Shown here: one piece after another, positions 1 through 9,423 of the stretch
Layout: every line of letters begins with the position of its first letter
Position numbering within the stretch: the first letter of the stretch is position 1
Source: Leptospirillia bacterium
GTDB taxonomy: Bacteria > Nitrospirota > Leptospirillia > Leptospirillales > Leptospirillaceae
Assembly: GCA_049965515.1 (NCBI GenBank)
Contig: JBMFWG010000001.1
Span: 32,042-96,041 of the forward strand
Length of the DNA: 64,000 nt
Direction: 5' to 3'
Program-made: the position numbers and the translations under genes
Notes under the pieces: model-generated
Told to the model about the DNA's origin: nothing
Database searches by the model: none
The model's input: the letters and a program-made list of their open reading frames with translations, nothing else

Positions 1-369
1 TCCGGTGGGCGTTCGTACAATCTGTCCTGGATTGAGTCCTACAGTCATTTTAACAGGAGGGCCCGAAGAAACAGGAAGAACCCAGAGACTCCGGCTTGCG
101 TCAAGGGAGACCAAAACCCTCTGTCCCCCGGCACCAACCGCTAGATCCTCGGGTTGGGGGATCCGGATGAGCCGAAGAGATTCCTGCCCGTTTTCCGGAT
201 TGATGCGAAAAAGAGAGCCGGAAGGCTTTGAGAGAACAAAGAGTAGCGGAGGATCCCCGCCACTGGCCAATGTCAGGCGCCCATGGGGATAAGAAGAAGA
301 GAAAAGTGGAGCCGGAAGATCTGCGGACTCCGCCAAAAAAGGTCCAGCGAAAAAAAGAACTCCCCCCAT
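1..369 (-). CDS. hypothetical secreted protein, 3' part outside the window (possible beta-propeller-type repeats)
   Basis: My own reverse-complement translation is open for 123 codons from the ATG at 369 to the window edge, so it has no stop and is absent from the ORF track. It reads like a signal peptide (CILFAMGGVLFFAGPFLAESA) followed by repeats such as LFVLSKPSGSLFRINPENG and VLVSLDASRSLWVLP. The true start may lie upstream (see findings). Confidence 0.4.
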   Translation of the reverse strand, partial: MGGVLFFAGPFLAESADLPAPLFSSSYPHGRLTLASGGDPPLLFVLSKPSGSLFRINPENGQESLRLIRIPQPEDLAVGAGGQRVLVSLDASRSLWVLPVSSGPPVKMTVGLNPGQIVRTPTG

Positions 370-419
370 GGCAAAGAGGATACAGGAACGAAGGGAGCCA
401 AAGGAACGAAGGGGAAAGA

Positions 420-1607
420 TCAGAGAACTCCCAGCGAGAGGAACCTTCCCCCGCCTTTTTTCTTGTTCCAGCGAACCGTGAGCCCCATCATCGACTGCAC
501 AATTTCCGGAACGTAGTTTTCCATGAAACCCGCCACATAATCATCCACCACAGGAAACTTTGCCGGTCCCTTGCCGGAGGCAGAGAGACCATCCATCTCG
601 GCCGTAAGCGTTCCATCTCGCCACACGGGTGTGATTTCGAGGCTCTTCCTGTCATCCTTGCCCCTTTTTCCGGAACCTTTCTGATCCTCAAGGGCTTCCG
701 AAATAAAGGCTCCCATCTCGATAGTGACTCCCATCGGCAACATAAGGGACCAGGGAACAAGGGAGACTTGCCCCCTCTCCGGAGCGTCATCCCCCTCGCC
801 AAACGGGGCAGTGAGGTCAAAGATCTGAGCGACGAGAGTTCCCATTGTCTCGCCGATTTCCGAGGAAAACCGACGATCAAGGAAATCCCCCCACTCCTCT
901 TCGGGAGGAGTCATCCGCACCAGTCCCACAATGGCGCCTCGACCATTGTCGAGGGTCTTCCCGAAGGCGCGTCGGATCGGATCATTCGGAGCCAGGAGAA
1001 TTTCTGCCGGCTGGTCCCAGTCCCCAAGGGGAGCATCCCCATTCATCAGAGGAATCCGGTCAAGAGATCCGGAGGAATCCATGGAGAAGCCGAAGGTCAT
1101 GCGTTCGTCCACAAACCCGCGCCTTGAATCATACGAAAAAGTATAAAGATCTGCAAACGACAGCATCCGGGGATGGAGAAAGACCTCCGCTCCCGAACCC
1201 TCGGGGGAGAGGATTGTCTCCACCAGCCGGGCAAGCGGCGCCAGGGCCTCAAGGGTCATGCGTGGTGGAATGGGACAGTCGAGATCAAGAATGATTCCCA
1301 GACCAAAGACAGCCTGTTCCTGGGAAGGGCTCTCTGTCTCCTCCCCCTCCATCTCCAGGTCGAATCGGTCGTGGGACATCTCCAGATAGTTTCGGATAAA
1401 AAGGGACCAAGCAGGAGTCATGGGCGCAAGATCCGCCAGAGAGGAGAGCTCGCCCTCTTCGGCAAGAAAGTCGACAATGTCGGAAAGCTCATTGATCTTC
1501 ATCTCGTCGGCAAGAATCTGATCGGGAGTCCCCGATCGGAGAATCGCCTCAAGGCTGTCCAGAGGATCGCCTCCCCCTTGGGTCATGCTTGTTTCCTCGT
1601 GGATCAC
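420..1607 (-). CDS. hypothetical acidic protein, no recognisable domain
   Basis: 395-aa ORF. Its GTG start overlaps the mutS stop (GTGA at 1604-1607); an alternative ATG lies at 1586. Third codon positions look coding. I recognise no motifs. Confidence 0.6.
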   Translation of the reverse strand: MIHEETSMTQGGGDPLDSLEAILRSGTPDQILADEMKINELSDIVDFLAEEGELSSLADLAPMTPAWSLFIRNYLEMSHDRFDLEMEGEETESPSQEQAVFGLGIILDLDCPIPPRMTLEALAPLARLVETILSPEGSGAEVFLHPRMLSFADLYTFSYDSRRGFVDERMTFGFSMDSSGSLDRIPLMNGDAPLGDWDQPAEILLAPNDPIRRAFGKTLDNGRGAIVGLVRMTPPEEEWGDFLDRRFSSEIGETMGTLVAQIFDLTAPFGEGDDAPERGQVSLVPWSLMLPMGVTIEMGAFISEALEDQKGSGKRGKDDRKSLEITPVWRDGTLTAEMDGLSASGKGPAKFPVVDDYVAGFMENYVPEIVQSMMGLTVRWNKKKGGGRFLSLGVL

Positions 1608-4180
1608 GCTCCCCCCTCCATCTCATTCATCTCTGTCATTCCCTCCCCTTTTTTTTGCTCCAGTCGCCGTTTCCAGGAAAAGAGCGGCATGGAAAAATCC
1701 CGATCGGGAGGAAGGGTCCTCTCCTTAGGAAGAAGCGTCTTCTTGCCTCCCCCCTCCCAAAAACCGAGAATTTCGGAGGCGCGATCCACCACCTCTTCCG
1801 GGAGCCCCGCGAGCCTTGCCACCTCGATCCCGTAAGACTGCTCAGCACGACCATCGACGATGCGATGTTCAAAAAGGGGCTTTCCCTGTTGGATGGAAAC
1901 ACGAACAGTCTGGTTTCTGACCCTCTCCCGTCGCCTTGCCAGCTCGGACAGCTCGTGATAATGGGTGGCAAAGAGCGTCCGACTCCTGATCCTGTCATGA
2001 ATGAACTCGCTCACCGCCCAGGCAATGGCCATCCCGTCGAAGGTGGCGGTTCCGCGCCCTACCTCATCAAGGAGAACCAGGCTTTTTTCTGTCGCCGATC
2101 CTAGGATCCTTGAGACTTCCTGCATTTCGACCATAAAGGTCGAGGCTCCTTCAAGAATGTTGTCCTGGGCTCCGACTCGGGCAATGATCCGGTCGGTGGG
2201 AGGGATTTTTGCCTCATCTGCCGGCACAGGAGCCCCGGCATGAGCCATGAGAACAATGAGAGCCACCTGTCGCATATAGGTCGACTTTCCGGCCATGTTC
2301 GGACCCGTCAGGACGATGAATTCTCCGGACTCAAGATTGGTATCGTTGGGCATGAATGGCTCGGGGGCCATTCGAGCCTCAATAACAGGATGGCGGCCAT
2401 TCCTGATCAAAAGAGGCGACCCTTCCGGAACGAATTCGGGGAGAGCATAGCGCATCTTACGGCCAATTTCGAAAAAGGCAAGCAGGACATCAACCCGGGC
2501 GACGAAGTCGGAGAGAAGATGGATGCTTTCTCTCTGGGCCAGAACCTCCCGCCCAAGCTCGCCAAGAATTTCGACCTCCCGTGCCAAGACTCTGGATCGG
2601 GCCTCCCGAAGGCTGCCTTCGAAAGAGACCAGCTCGGGGAGGGTAAACCGCTCGGAGTTTGTCAGGGTCTGCTTTCGAAGATAGTCAGATGGCATCTTTT
2701 GTGCCTGAGCCTTCGACACCTCGATATAGTATCCTGCCACCTGGTTGTAGCGAATCCTGAGAGTCTCTACCCCAGTCCGGGAGCGCTCCCTCTCCTCGAG
2801 GGAGGCGATGAAGCGGTCTCCCTCGGATTCGGTCCGACGGTAACCGGAGAGAGCTTCGTCGAATTCGTCCCGGATGATGGGACCCTCTCCGAGTGTGTTC
2901 GGAGGATCGTCGACGAGGGCCCGGGCGAGGAGATCTCGAAGGGGAGCGGCATGGAGTCTCAATCCGAACTCCCGCCGACAGTCGGGAAAAAGCTCTTCGA
3001 GCCCATCCACATCGAGAAGAGCTAGGGCCGAAGAAAAGGATTGACGAAACTCCGGGAGATCCCGGTGAAGACGGTTGCCAATGGCAATCCGGGCGAGAAT
3101 ACGCTCTAGGTCCCCCACCCCTCCGAGAACCTTGTCCACCCGATCTGAAAGACGGGGTCTTTCGTCAAACCCCCGGATCACCCGGTGCTTCGAATGGATC
3201 TCGTTCACTTCGGTTTCGGGAGCAAGGAGCCAGGATCGGAGCATACGGCTCCCTGGAGGGGTCCGGCAACGATCAAGGAGAGAGACAAGGCTCGCCGCCC
3301 GCCCTCTTTCCTGGCCCATCCCTTCCCGGGGAAGGATGTCGAGGTGACGGATCGTCCAGCGATCGAGGGCCAGAGAATGACCTGCCCCTTCAAGGACGAC
3401 TCCCCGAAGGTGGCCAAGGACAGTTTTTTCGTAATCGGACAGAAAACCGAAGAGAAGCCTGACGGCATCCCGGGAGACCTCGGGGAGGGCAGGAAGACGG
3501 TAGGAGGGGGGGAGGGATCCGGAGAGATCGGAAGGGGCCAGCCTTGAATGAACCAGCGCGGGAATCCCCGGGAACTCCGCGGCTATTTCGCTGGACTCGA
3601 CAATCAGTTGTCGCGCTTCCTTTCGCCCCAGGAAATCCAGAAGAAGATCCCGGTCGGCGGGGTTTTCAGGGGCCCAGACTGCAATCCGGCCACTTGTCAG
3701 GTCGAGAACCGCTGCTCCCCAAATCTCTCCCCGCCGGACAATGGCCACACCATTCTGGGGCGCCCCCTCTTCCCGAGAGGGGTCCTCGAGAAGGGTAAAG
3801 CGGGTCACTGTCCTGACAATCTTTCTGGGAAAAAGACCTGAGGGATCGGATTCCTGGGTCGCCTGCTCGGCAATGGCCACGGAGTAGCCGGCATGAATGA
3901 GTTTCGGCAGATACATGTCGAGGCTCTTGGCCGGGATTCCACACATCGGCAGAGGGTCTGGACGGCTCTTGTCGCGGCTTGTGAGGGTCACGCCGAGCAG
4001 GCGGGAGGCGAGTTCGGCCTGTTCTCCGAAGAGCTCGAAGAAATCTCCCAGACGAAAAAAGAGAATTGCCTCCCCTGCCTCCTTTCGAAGCCCAAGATAC
4101 TGCCGAAAGAGGGGGGTATCGGGATAGGCAAAGGCCGACGGAGCGTCCTCGACTCCCCCGTCAGTGGCTGTCATGTCCAC
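1604..4180 (-). CDS. mutS: DNA mismatch repair protein MutS
   Basis: 858 aa. N-terminal mismatch-binding region (TPLFRQYLGLRKE..ILFFRLGDFFELF), Walker A GPNMAGKST, and STFMVEM..LLDEVGRGT motifs. Confidence 0.97.
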   Translation of the reverse strand: MDMTATDGGVEDAPSAFAYPDTPLFRQYLGLRKEAGEAILFFRLGDFFELFGEQAELASRLLGVTLTSRDKSRPDPLPMCGIPAKSLDMYLPKLIHAGYSVAIAEQATQESDPSGLFPRKIVRTVTRFTLLEDPSREEGAPQNGVAIVRRGEIWGAAVLDLTSGRIAVWAPENPADRDLLLDFLGRKEARQLIVESSEIAAEFPGIPALVHSRLAPSDLSGSLPPSYRLPALPEVSRDAVRLLFGFLSDYEKTVLGHLRGVVLEGAGHSLALDRWTIRHLDILPREGMGQERGRAASLVSLLDRCRTPPGSRMLRSWLLAPETEVNEIHSKHRVIRGFDERPRLSDRVDKVLGGVGDLERILARIAIGNRLHRDLPEFRQSFSSALALLDVDGLEELFPDCRREFGLRLHAAPLRDLLARALVDDPPNTLGEGPIIRDEFDEALSGYRRTESEGDRFIASLEERERSRTGVETLRIRYNQVAGYYIEVSKAQAQKMPSDYLRKQTLTNSERFTLPELVSFEGSLREARSRVLAREVEILGELGREVLAQRESIHLLSDFVARVDVLLAFFEIGRKMRYALPEFVPEGSPLLIRNGRHPVIEARMAPEPFMPNDTNLESGEFIVLTGPNMAGKSTYMRQVALIVLMAHAGAPVPADEAKIPPTDRIIARVGAQDNILEGASTFMVEMQEVSRILGSATEKSLVLLDEVGRGTATFDGMAIAWAVSEFIHDRIRSRTLFATHYHELSELARRRERVRNQTVRVSIQQGKPLFEHRIVDGRAEQSYGIEVARLAGLPEEVVDRASEILGFWEGGGKKTLLPKERTLPPDRDFSMPLFSWKRRLEQKKGEGMTEMNEMEGGA

Positions 4181-4433
4181 CGTCGGTGCCCCCCCCGCCC
4201 CGCCCCACAGAAGATGGCTTTTTGGCCTTGGCCCGAGAGACGAGACGCGAAAGCCCTCCCCCCAGGTAGCAGAGAAGAACCCCAGCCAAAAATGCCCCCA
4301 GAATCACGACTCCCACAGAAAAAGGACCTAGCTGCCCCGAGCCGGGGAACACGATCATGATGTGCTGCTGGTCGTTTTCCATCATAAAAATCCAGCCCAG
4401 CACGCCCAGTAGGATCAAGAATGCCAGTTTCAT
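4161..4433 (-). CDS. small two-helix membrane protein (LapA/DUF1049-like)
   Basis: The internal ATG at 4433 overlaps the UDG stop (ATGA at 4430-4433). It has two hydrophobic helices (MKLAFLILLGVLGWIF, VGVVILGAFLAGVLLCYLGG) and a basic tail. Its 3' end overlaps the mutS start by 20 nt. Confidence 0.55.
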   Translation of the reverse strand: MKLAFLILLGVLGWIFMMENDQQHIMIVFPGSGQLGPFSVGVVILGAFLAGVLLCYLGGGLSRLVSRAKAKKPSSVGRGGGGTDGGHDSH

Positions 4434-5182
4434 CCCCTCTCCTTCCCCAGCCACCCCATGACTTGCTTTAAATCCTCCCAAACCTGTGCCTTGGCCGCCG
4501 GATTGCGAAGAAGGTAGGCAGGATGGTAGGTCGGCATCACCCGAATTCCCGGGAATTCAGGAAGATGTGTCTCTCGCCCCCTCAGGCGGGAGATTCCTTC
4601 ATTCCGAGACAGCAGGGAGACGGCGGCCGTCTGACCGAGCAAAACCATGGCCTCTGGTGAAATCATTCCGATCTGGCGTTTGAGATAAGGGAGACAGGAG
4701 GCGCGTTCGCTCTCTTCCGGAACGCGGTTTCCCGGAGGACGGCATTTCACCACATTGGCAATATAGACATCCTCCCGTCGGTACCCCATGGCTGCAATCA
4801 TACGGGTCAGAAGCTCTCCCGCCCGTCCAACAAAGGGGCGTCCCGAAGCATCTTCGTCGGCTCCCGGACCCTCTCCGATAAACATGAGCCGGGCATCGGG
4901 ATTCCCTTCGCCAAAGACGGCGTAGGTCCGGGTGGAGGAGAGAACACAGAGGCGACACTCCGACACCACTTTGGAAAGGGAGTCCAATGACCCAAAATCT
5001 CCCGGAGGGGATCCCGGCAAGGATGAAGAAGGAGGAACTCCGGCTCTCTCTCTATCGGCGATGGGAGTCCCTTCCGCCTCAGCAGAAGGGCGCAGCAAGA
5101 CTAGGTCAGGGACCGTCTCCTGGAGATAGCGGAGATAGACAGCCATCCCCTCCGGCCCGTCAAGGGGATATCCCTCCTTCAC
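4430..5182 (-). CDS. uracil-DNA glycosylase, family 4
   Basis: 250 aa with GEGPGADEDASGRPFVGRAG and a C-terminal HPAYLLR motif. GTG start overlaps the nnr stop (GTGA). Confidence 0.9.
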   Translation of the reverse strand: MKEGYPLDGPEGMAVYLRYLQETVPDLVLLRPSAEAEGTPIADRERAGVPPSSSLPGSPPGDFGSLDSLSKVVSECRLCVLSSTRTYAVFGEGNPDARLMFIGEGPGADEDASGRPFVGRAGELLTRMIAAMGYRREDVYIANVVKCRPPGNRVPEESERASCLPYLKRQIGMISPEAMVLLGQTAAVSLLSRNEGISRLRGRETHLPEFPGIRVMPTYHPAYLLRNPAAKAQVWEDLKQVMGWLGKERG

Positions 5183-6810
5183 CGCCGGCCTCCGGAAGGG
5201 TCAGAAAGCGGACAGGGTAAAGGAAAGGGCCAGAAAAGGGCAGGATCTTGGGATTGATTGAGTCCGGGGGGGTGATGGACTGTTCCGGCGCCCGGGGAGA
5301 GGAGCACGGGAAAAAGGTCTGCCAACTCCGAGGCCAGCCGTCCTCGTGTTGACGTTACACCCAGAAGTTCTCCGGCCTGTCCATGAAGAAAGGCCCCAAG
5401 TCGGGCAGCATCGAAGGGGGACAAGCCCTGAGCAAGAAATGTGGCAATGACTCCGGTCAGGACGTCGCCCATCCCTGCCCCGGCCATCACCGGATTTCCG
5501 GTCAGGTTGAGCGAGACCCTGCCATCGGGATGGGCGACATGGGTCCGAGCTCCCTTAAGGAGGATAACGGCTCCGGTTCTCTCAGCCGCCTCCCGAACAG
5601 AGTCCAGAGGATTGGCAACAACATGGGCCGTCTCTCGGCCAAGAAGTCGCCCCATCTCTCCCGGATGAGGAGTCAACACCAAGGGTCCGGGTCTTAATGA
5701 GGCGATCTTTTCGGGCTGTCCGGCAAAGAGATCGAAGACTCCGGCATCACCCACCAAAGGTCCTGTGTACTCAGAAAACAGGGACTCCACGAGAAGTCGT
5801 CCCCCGAAAGCCTCATCCACGCCGGGTCCACAGGCCACAGCATCCATCCGGACTGTCGCCCGAATAATCTCCTGGGAAGAGAGAGTCGCGAGGTCGACCG
5901 GAAGGGACATGATCTCGGCTTGCGAGGCTGCCGCTTCCCCAAAGGAGCGGTCCCAGAGAACCGTGACGAGCCCCGCGCCAGAGCGAAGGGCGCCTCGGGC
6001 CGCCAGCAGTATCGAGCCCGACTTTCCGGGAGAGCCTCCGGCAATGAGAACATGCCCCGCCTCTCCCTTGTGGACCGAGGGAGAACGGACAGGAACGAGA
6101 TCCCAGGCTTCATGAGGAAGGAGACAGGAAAGCTTTCCCCCTGCCAGAAGATTTTGAGGAAACCCAATGGGAGAGAGATAGATGTGGCCCGCATACCGGG
6201 TACCCGGATCACAAAGAAGACCCCATTTCGGAGCGCCGAAGGTCACCGTTCTTTTTCCCCTGACCGCCACATCCGAGACGGCGCCAGTCGTCCCATTGAC
6301 GCCCGACGGAATATCAACGCAGACGATGGGAATCCCGCTCCCCGCCGCCCTGTTCATGGTAACGATCAGCTCCCGAGCCTCCCGGCTCAGATCTCCCCCC
6401 CGAAATCCCGTTCCGAAGAGGCCATCGATCAGGAGGGCGGCATGAGAGATTCTGTGACGGGAGGAAGAGTCGCCGACCTGGGAGGGGCCGACCCCCATTC
6501 GGGACAGACGATCAAGTTCCCGGCTGATCGCCTCGGAAGGAGCCTTCCCCGACCCCATGCGAACAACGGCAGCCGGGTATCCCCGCGCAGCCAGATCACG
6601 AAGGGCCACCAGGGCATCGCCTCCGTTATGGCCTCCGCCCACCACTGCAACAATCTTGCGGGAGATCTTCTCCGGAGGACCCAAAATCTCCCGGCAGGAA
6701 GCCGCCACCGCCATACCCGCCCGCTCCATCAGGATCTCTTCCGGGAGAGAAAACTCGCGGGTGGCACGCCCATCAAGCTCCCGCATCTCCTCGGGCGTTA
6801 CGATGCGCAC
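5179..6810 (-). CDS. nnr: bifunctional NAD(P)H-hydrate repair enzyme (epimerase/ADP-dependent dehydratase)
   Basis: 543 aa. YjeF_N part (VVGGGHNGGDALV) is fused to a carbohydrate-kinase-like part (GPGVDE, GAGMGDVLTG). Confidence 0.9.
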   Translation of the reverse strand: MRIVTPEEMRELDGRATREFSLPEEILMERAGMAVAASCREILGPPEKISRKIVAVVGGGHNGGDALVALRDLAARGYPAAVVRMGSGKAPSEAISRELDRLSRMGVGPSQVGDSSSRHRISHAALLIDGLFGTGFRGGDLSREARELIVTMNRAAGSGIPIVCVDIPSGVNGTTGAVSDVAVRGKRTVTFGAPKWGLLCDPGTRYAGHIYLSPIGFPQNLLAGGKLSCLLPHEAWDLVPVRSPSVHKGEAGHVLIAGGSPGKSGSILLAARGALRSGAGLVTVLWDRSFGEAAASQAEIMSLPVDLATLSSQEIIRATVRMDAVACGPGVDEAFGGRLLVESLFSEYTGPLVGDAGVFDLFAGQPEKIASLRPGPLVLTPHPGEMGRLLGRETAHVVANPLDSVREAAERTGAVILLKGARTHVAHPDGRVSLNLTGNPVMAGAGMGDVLTGVIATFLAQGLSPFDAARLGAFLHGQAGELLGVTSTRGRLASELADLFPVLLSPGAGTVHHPPGLNQSQDPALFWPFPLPCPLSDPSGGRR

Positions 6811-7184
6811 CGGTCCCCTCCTTCGAATATGACCATCGCGACTGCATTCTCCCGTTCATGGCTGATGGAAGCCCAGATAAAGACGGATCCTTTTCTTTCC
6901 AGGAGAGACCTGACAGCCCCGGAGATCCGAACCTCGGGAGCCCCTGATTCCCGGGAGAGGGTCTCTACATCATGCCAGGCAATCCCTTGGGAGAGGCCGG
7001 TTCCCAGGGCCTTGAGGACGGCTTCCTTGACGGCAAAACGTCCCGCCAGGTGAGACACCTTCCCCCCTGACTCCGTCCACTCCGCAGGAGTGAAGACCTT
7101 CCGGGCAAAGCGCTCCCCGTAGCGATCTAGGAGTCGGCCAATGCGGTCAATCCGTACAAGATCGACTCCCACGCCCACAATCAT
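6798..7184 (-). CDS. acpS: holo-[acyl-carrier-protein] synthase
   Basis: 128 aa with MIVGVGVDLVRIDRI and FAVKEAVLKALGTG. ATGA overlap with the pdxJ stop. Confidence 0.9.
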   Translation of the reverse strand: MIVGVGVDLVRIDRIGRLLDRYGERFARKVFTPAEWTESGGKVSHLAGRFAVKEAVLKALGTGLSQGIAWHDVETLSRESGAPEVRISGAVRSLLERKGSVFIWASISHERENAVAMVIFEGGDRCAS

Positions 7185-7942
7185 GACCGCTCTCCCTGCC
7201 AGGAGGGAAGGAGAAGTCTTCTGATTTCTCCCACGGCCTCCGGCATTCCCAGAAGAACGGCCCGGGCCACGATACTGTGACCAATATTCACTTCCGAAAG
7301 AGCGGGAAGAGACAGAACAGCCGGAAGATTGTGGAGCGTGAGACCGTGGCCTGCCGCCACCTGAAGCCCCATCCGATGGATGGCCTCAGAGGCGCGAACA
7401 AGATCTTCCAGGGCCGCCCCCTCCCCCACTCCTCCGAAGGCCCGGGCATAAGGACCCGTATGGATTTCCACCTGATCCACCCCAGTTCCCTCCGCCCGGG
7501 CAATCATATCAGGATCGGGATCCATAAAAAGGGAGACCCGGATCCCCTCCCCCCGACAACGGGCAACAAAGGGGCGTAATCGATCGAGAAAGGCCTCATC
7601 TAGGACAAGTCCGCCCTCCGTGGTCCGCTCCTGGCGTTTTTCCGGCACGAGTGTCACCCGTTCGGGCCGATAGGAAAAGGCCATGAGCTCCATATCGGAG
7701 GAGAGAGCCATCTCAAGGTTGATGGGAAGGGAGGATGTTTCCCGAAGGCGACGAAGATCGCTTTCATTCGCGTGCCGCCTGTCTTCACGAACATGAAGGA
7801 CGATTTGATCGGCGCCCGCAAGTCGGGCCAGATGGGCCGCAAAGAGCGGGTCGGGATCAAACTCTCCCCTCGCCTGGCGCAAGGTCGCAACATGGTCAAT
7901 ATTGACGCCCAGACGCACGGGAAGAGAGGGCTTTCCGAGCAT
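7181..7942 (-). CDS. pdxJ: pyridoxine 5'-phosphate synthase
   Basis: 253 aa with LGVNIDHVATLRQARG, VLHVREDRRH and EIHTGPYA. Confidence 0.95.
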   Translation of the reverse strand: MLGKPSLPVRLGVNIDHVATLRQARGEFDPDPLFAAHLARLAGADQIVLHVREDRRHANESDLRRLRETSSLPINLEMALSSDMELMAFSYRPERVTLVPEKRQERTTEGGLVLDEAFLDRLRPFVARCRGEGIRVSLFMDPDPDMIARAEGTGVDQVEIHTGPYARAFGGVGEGAALEDLVRASEAIHRMGLQVAAGHGLTLHNLPAVLSLPALSEVNIGHSIVARAVLLGMPEAVGEIRRLLLPSWQGERS

Positions 7943-9177
7943 TATTCCTTCTCCGGACCCAAAACGGACAGAGAACGGGACGCGGAAAAGCCTTGGGCCC
8001 GAGCCAGCCGAAGGATATCTTCCGGTGTGGCAGAATCAATCCTCGCTTCAATGGTTTCCACCGGAACCTCCTCCCCCCAATAAAGAATATCGCGTCCCAT
8101 CTTGTTCATCCGGGTTCCGATGGACTCAAGGCCTAGAAGAAGGGAGGATTTCACCTGGTTCTTCGCCCGGGAGAGCTCCTCTTCCGTCAAGGGAACCGAT
8201 TCAAGGCGGGCAATCTCCTCTCCGAGAATCTCCAAAAGTTCCAGCTGCTTGGATGGACGGGTCGATGCCGAGATCCTGATTAGCCCTCCATCGGCAAATG
8301 ATTGCCCTGTGGAGTAGACCGAATAGGCGAGCCCTCTTTTCTCCCGAACCTCCTGAAAAAGGCGCGAGCTCATTCCCCCTCCGAGATGGACATTCAGAAG
8401 ACGAAGGAGGGTCTGGTCCGGATGGGCCGTAGGAAGACCCGGCATCCCGATGGCCACATGGACCTGTTCCAGTTTTTTTACCTTTTTCGTCTTTCCATAG
8501 GCCGGAAGAAAGGGAGATTGGTCTCCCGCCTTCCGGGAAGGATCCGAGGGAAGATCGGAGAATGCCTGTTCGAGGGACTCCCGCAGGGAGGGCCAGGAAA
8601 AGCGTCCGGAAACGGTCACAAACATCGAGCCAGAATGATAGTTCCGTCGGAAGTATCCCTGAACGTCCTCCCGGGAAAAAGAGGAGAGAGACTCTTCCGT
8701 CCCCAAGATGGGACGGGCCAAGGGATGCTCCCCAAAGTGTGCCTCATAGAGATTCTGAGTCACAAGATCGTCCGGATCGTCTCGGGACTCGGCAATCTCT
8801 TCAATCACAACCCCCCTCTCACGATCGAGCTCCTCCCCGTCAAAGACAGATCGGGTAAGGAGGTCCCCCAAAAGGAGCGCGGCACGGGAGACATTTTCTG
8901 TCAGAAGGTGCGCATAAAAGCAGGTCATTTCCTGGGAGGTAAAGGCGTTCATCTCACCGCCCAGGAAGTCCATCTCGTTCGCTATCTCCTGGGCATTGCG
9001 GGAGGGGGTTCCCTTAAAGCACATGTGCTCCAGAAAGTGTGTCATTCCTGCTTCCTTGGGAGACTCATAGCGGGAACCAGCGCGCACCCAGACGCCGATA
9101 GCGGCAGAGCGAGATGAAGTGACGGGATCGCTGTAAACAGCGAGCCCATTGGAGAGTGTGTGTTTTATATAAGGCAT
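7942..9177 (-). CDS. M16 family (insulinase-like) zinc peptidase
   Basis: 411 aa with the inverted zinc motif HFLEH (THFLEHMCFKG) and typical M16 N- and C-lobes. Confidence 0.9.
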   Translation of the reverse strand: MPYIKHTLSNGLAVYSDPVTSSRSAAIGVWVRAGSRYESPKEAGMTHFLEHMCFKGTPSRNAQEIANEMDFLGGEMNAFTSQEMTCFYAHLLTENVSRAALLLGDLLTRSVFDGEELDRERGVVIEEIAESRDDPDDLVTQNLYEAHFGEHPLARPILGTEESLSSFSREDVQGYFRRNYHSGSMFVTVSGRFSWPSLRESLEQAFSDLPSDPSRKAGDQSPFLPAYGKTKKVKKLEQVHVAIGMPGLPTAHPDQTLLRLLNVHLGGGMSSRLFQEVREKRGLAYSVYSTGQSFADGGLIRISASTRPSKQLELLEILGEEIARLESVPLTEEELSRAKNQVKSSLLLGLESIGTRMNKMGRDILYWGEEVPVETIEARIDSATPEDILRLARAQGFSASRSLSVLGPEKE

Positions 9178-9314
9178 CGAGGCTCTTTCTTAATAATCCC
9201 TCGCCCAGAAAGTCGGAGAGGTCCAGGATCCGAAGCGTCGGACAGGGGAGAAAAACGTGTTTATGCCATTATGGGAAAGGGGAGGCACAATACTCCCGAC
9301 GGAGACATCCATGC

Positions 9315-9346
9315 AAAAAAAGGTGCCCACCCGAAGGCAGGCACCC
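9315..9346 (-). terminator. rho-independent terminator ending the nusA-infB-pnp transcription unit
   Basis: The minus-strand RNA is GGGUGCCUGCC-UUCG-GGUGGGCACC followed by U7. That is a 10-bp stem (2 G-U pairs), a UUCG tetraloop and a U-tract. Confidence 0.7.
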
Positions 9347-9423
9347 TGCAAAGGAAGATAAGAATAAGAGCGGAAAAAGATATCCGGAAGCAGCTCCGGA
9401 GAACAAGCCAAACCTCTCGGGGA

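Noticed and set aside
1-120. Possible ncRNA at the window edge: agactccggcttg resembles the ACAGAACCCGGCUUA box at the 3' end of RNase P RNA.
   Set aside because: Only about 10 of 15 positions match and no other RNase P element is nearby. The opposite strand is an uninterrupted coding-like ORF over the same bases.
228-7053. Several long plus-strand ORFs (228-1127, 2240-3025, 5920-7053), and similar ones elsewhere (17130-18056, 35330-36490, 44870-46051, 61113-61826, 61989-62972).
   Set aside because: All lie antisense to well-supported minus-strand genes and have Arg/Pro/Ser/Gly-rich low-complexity translations.
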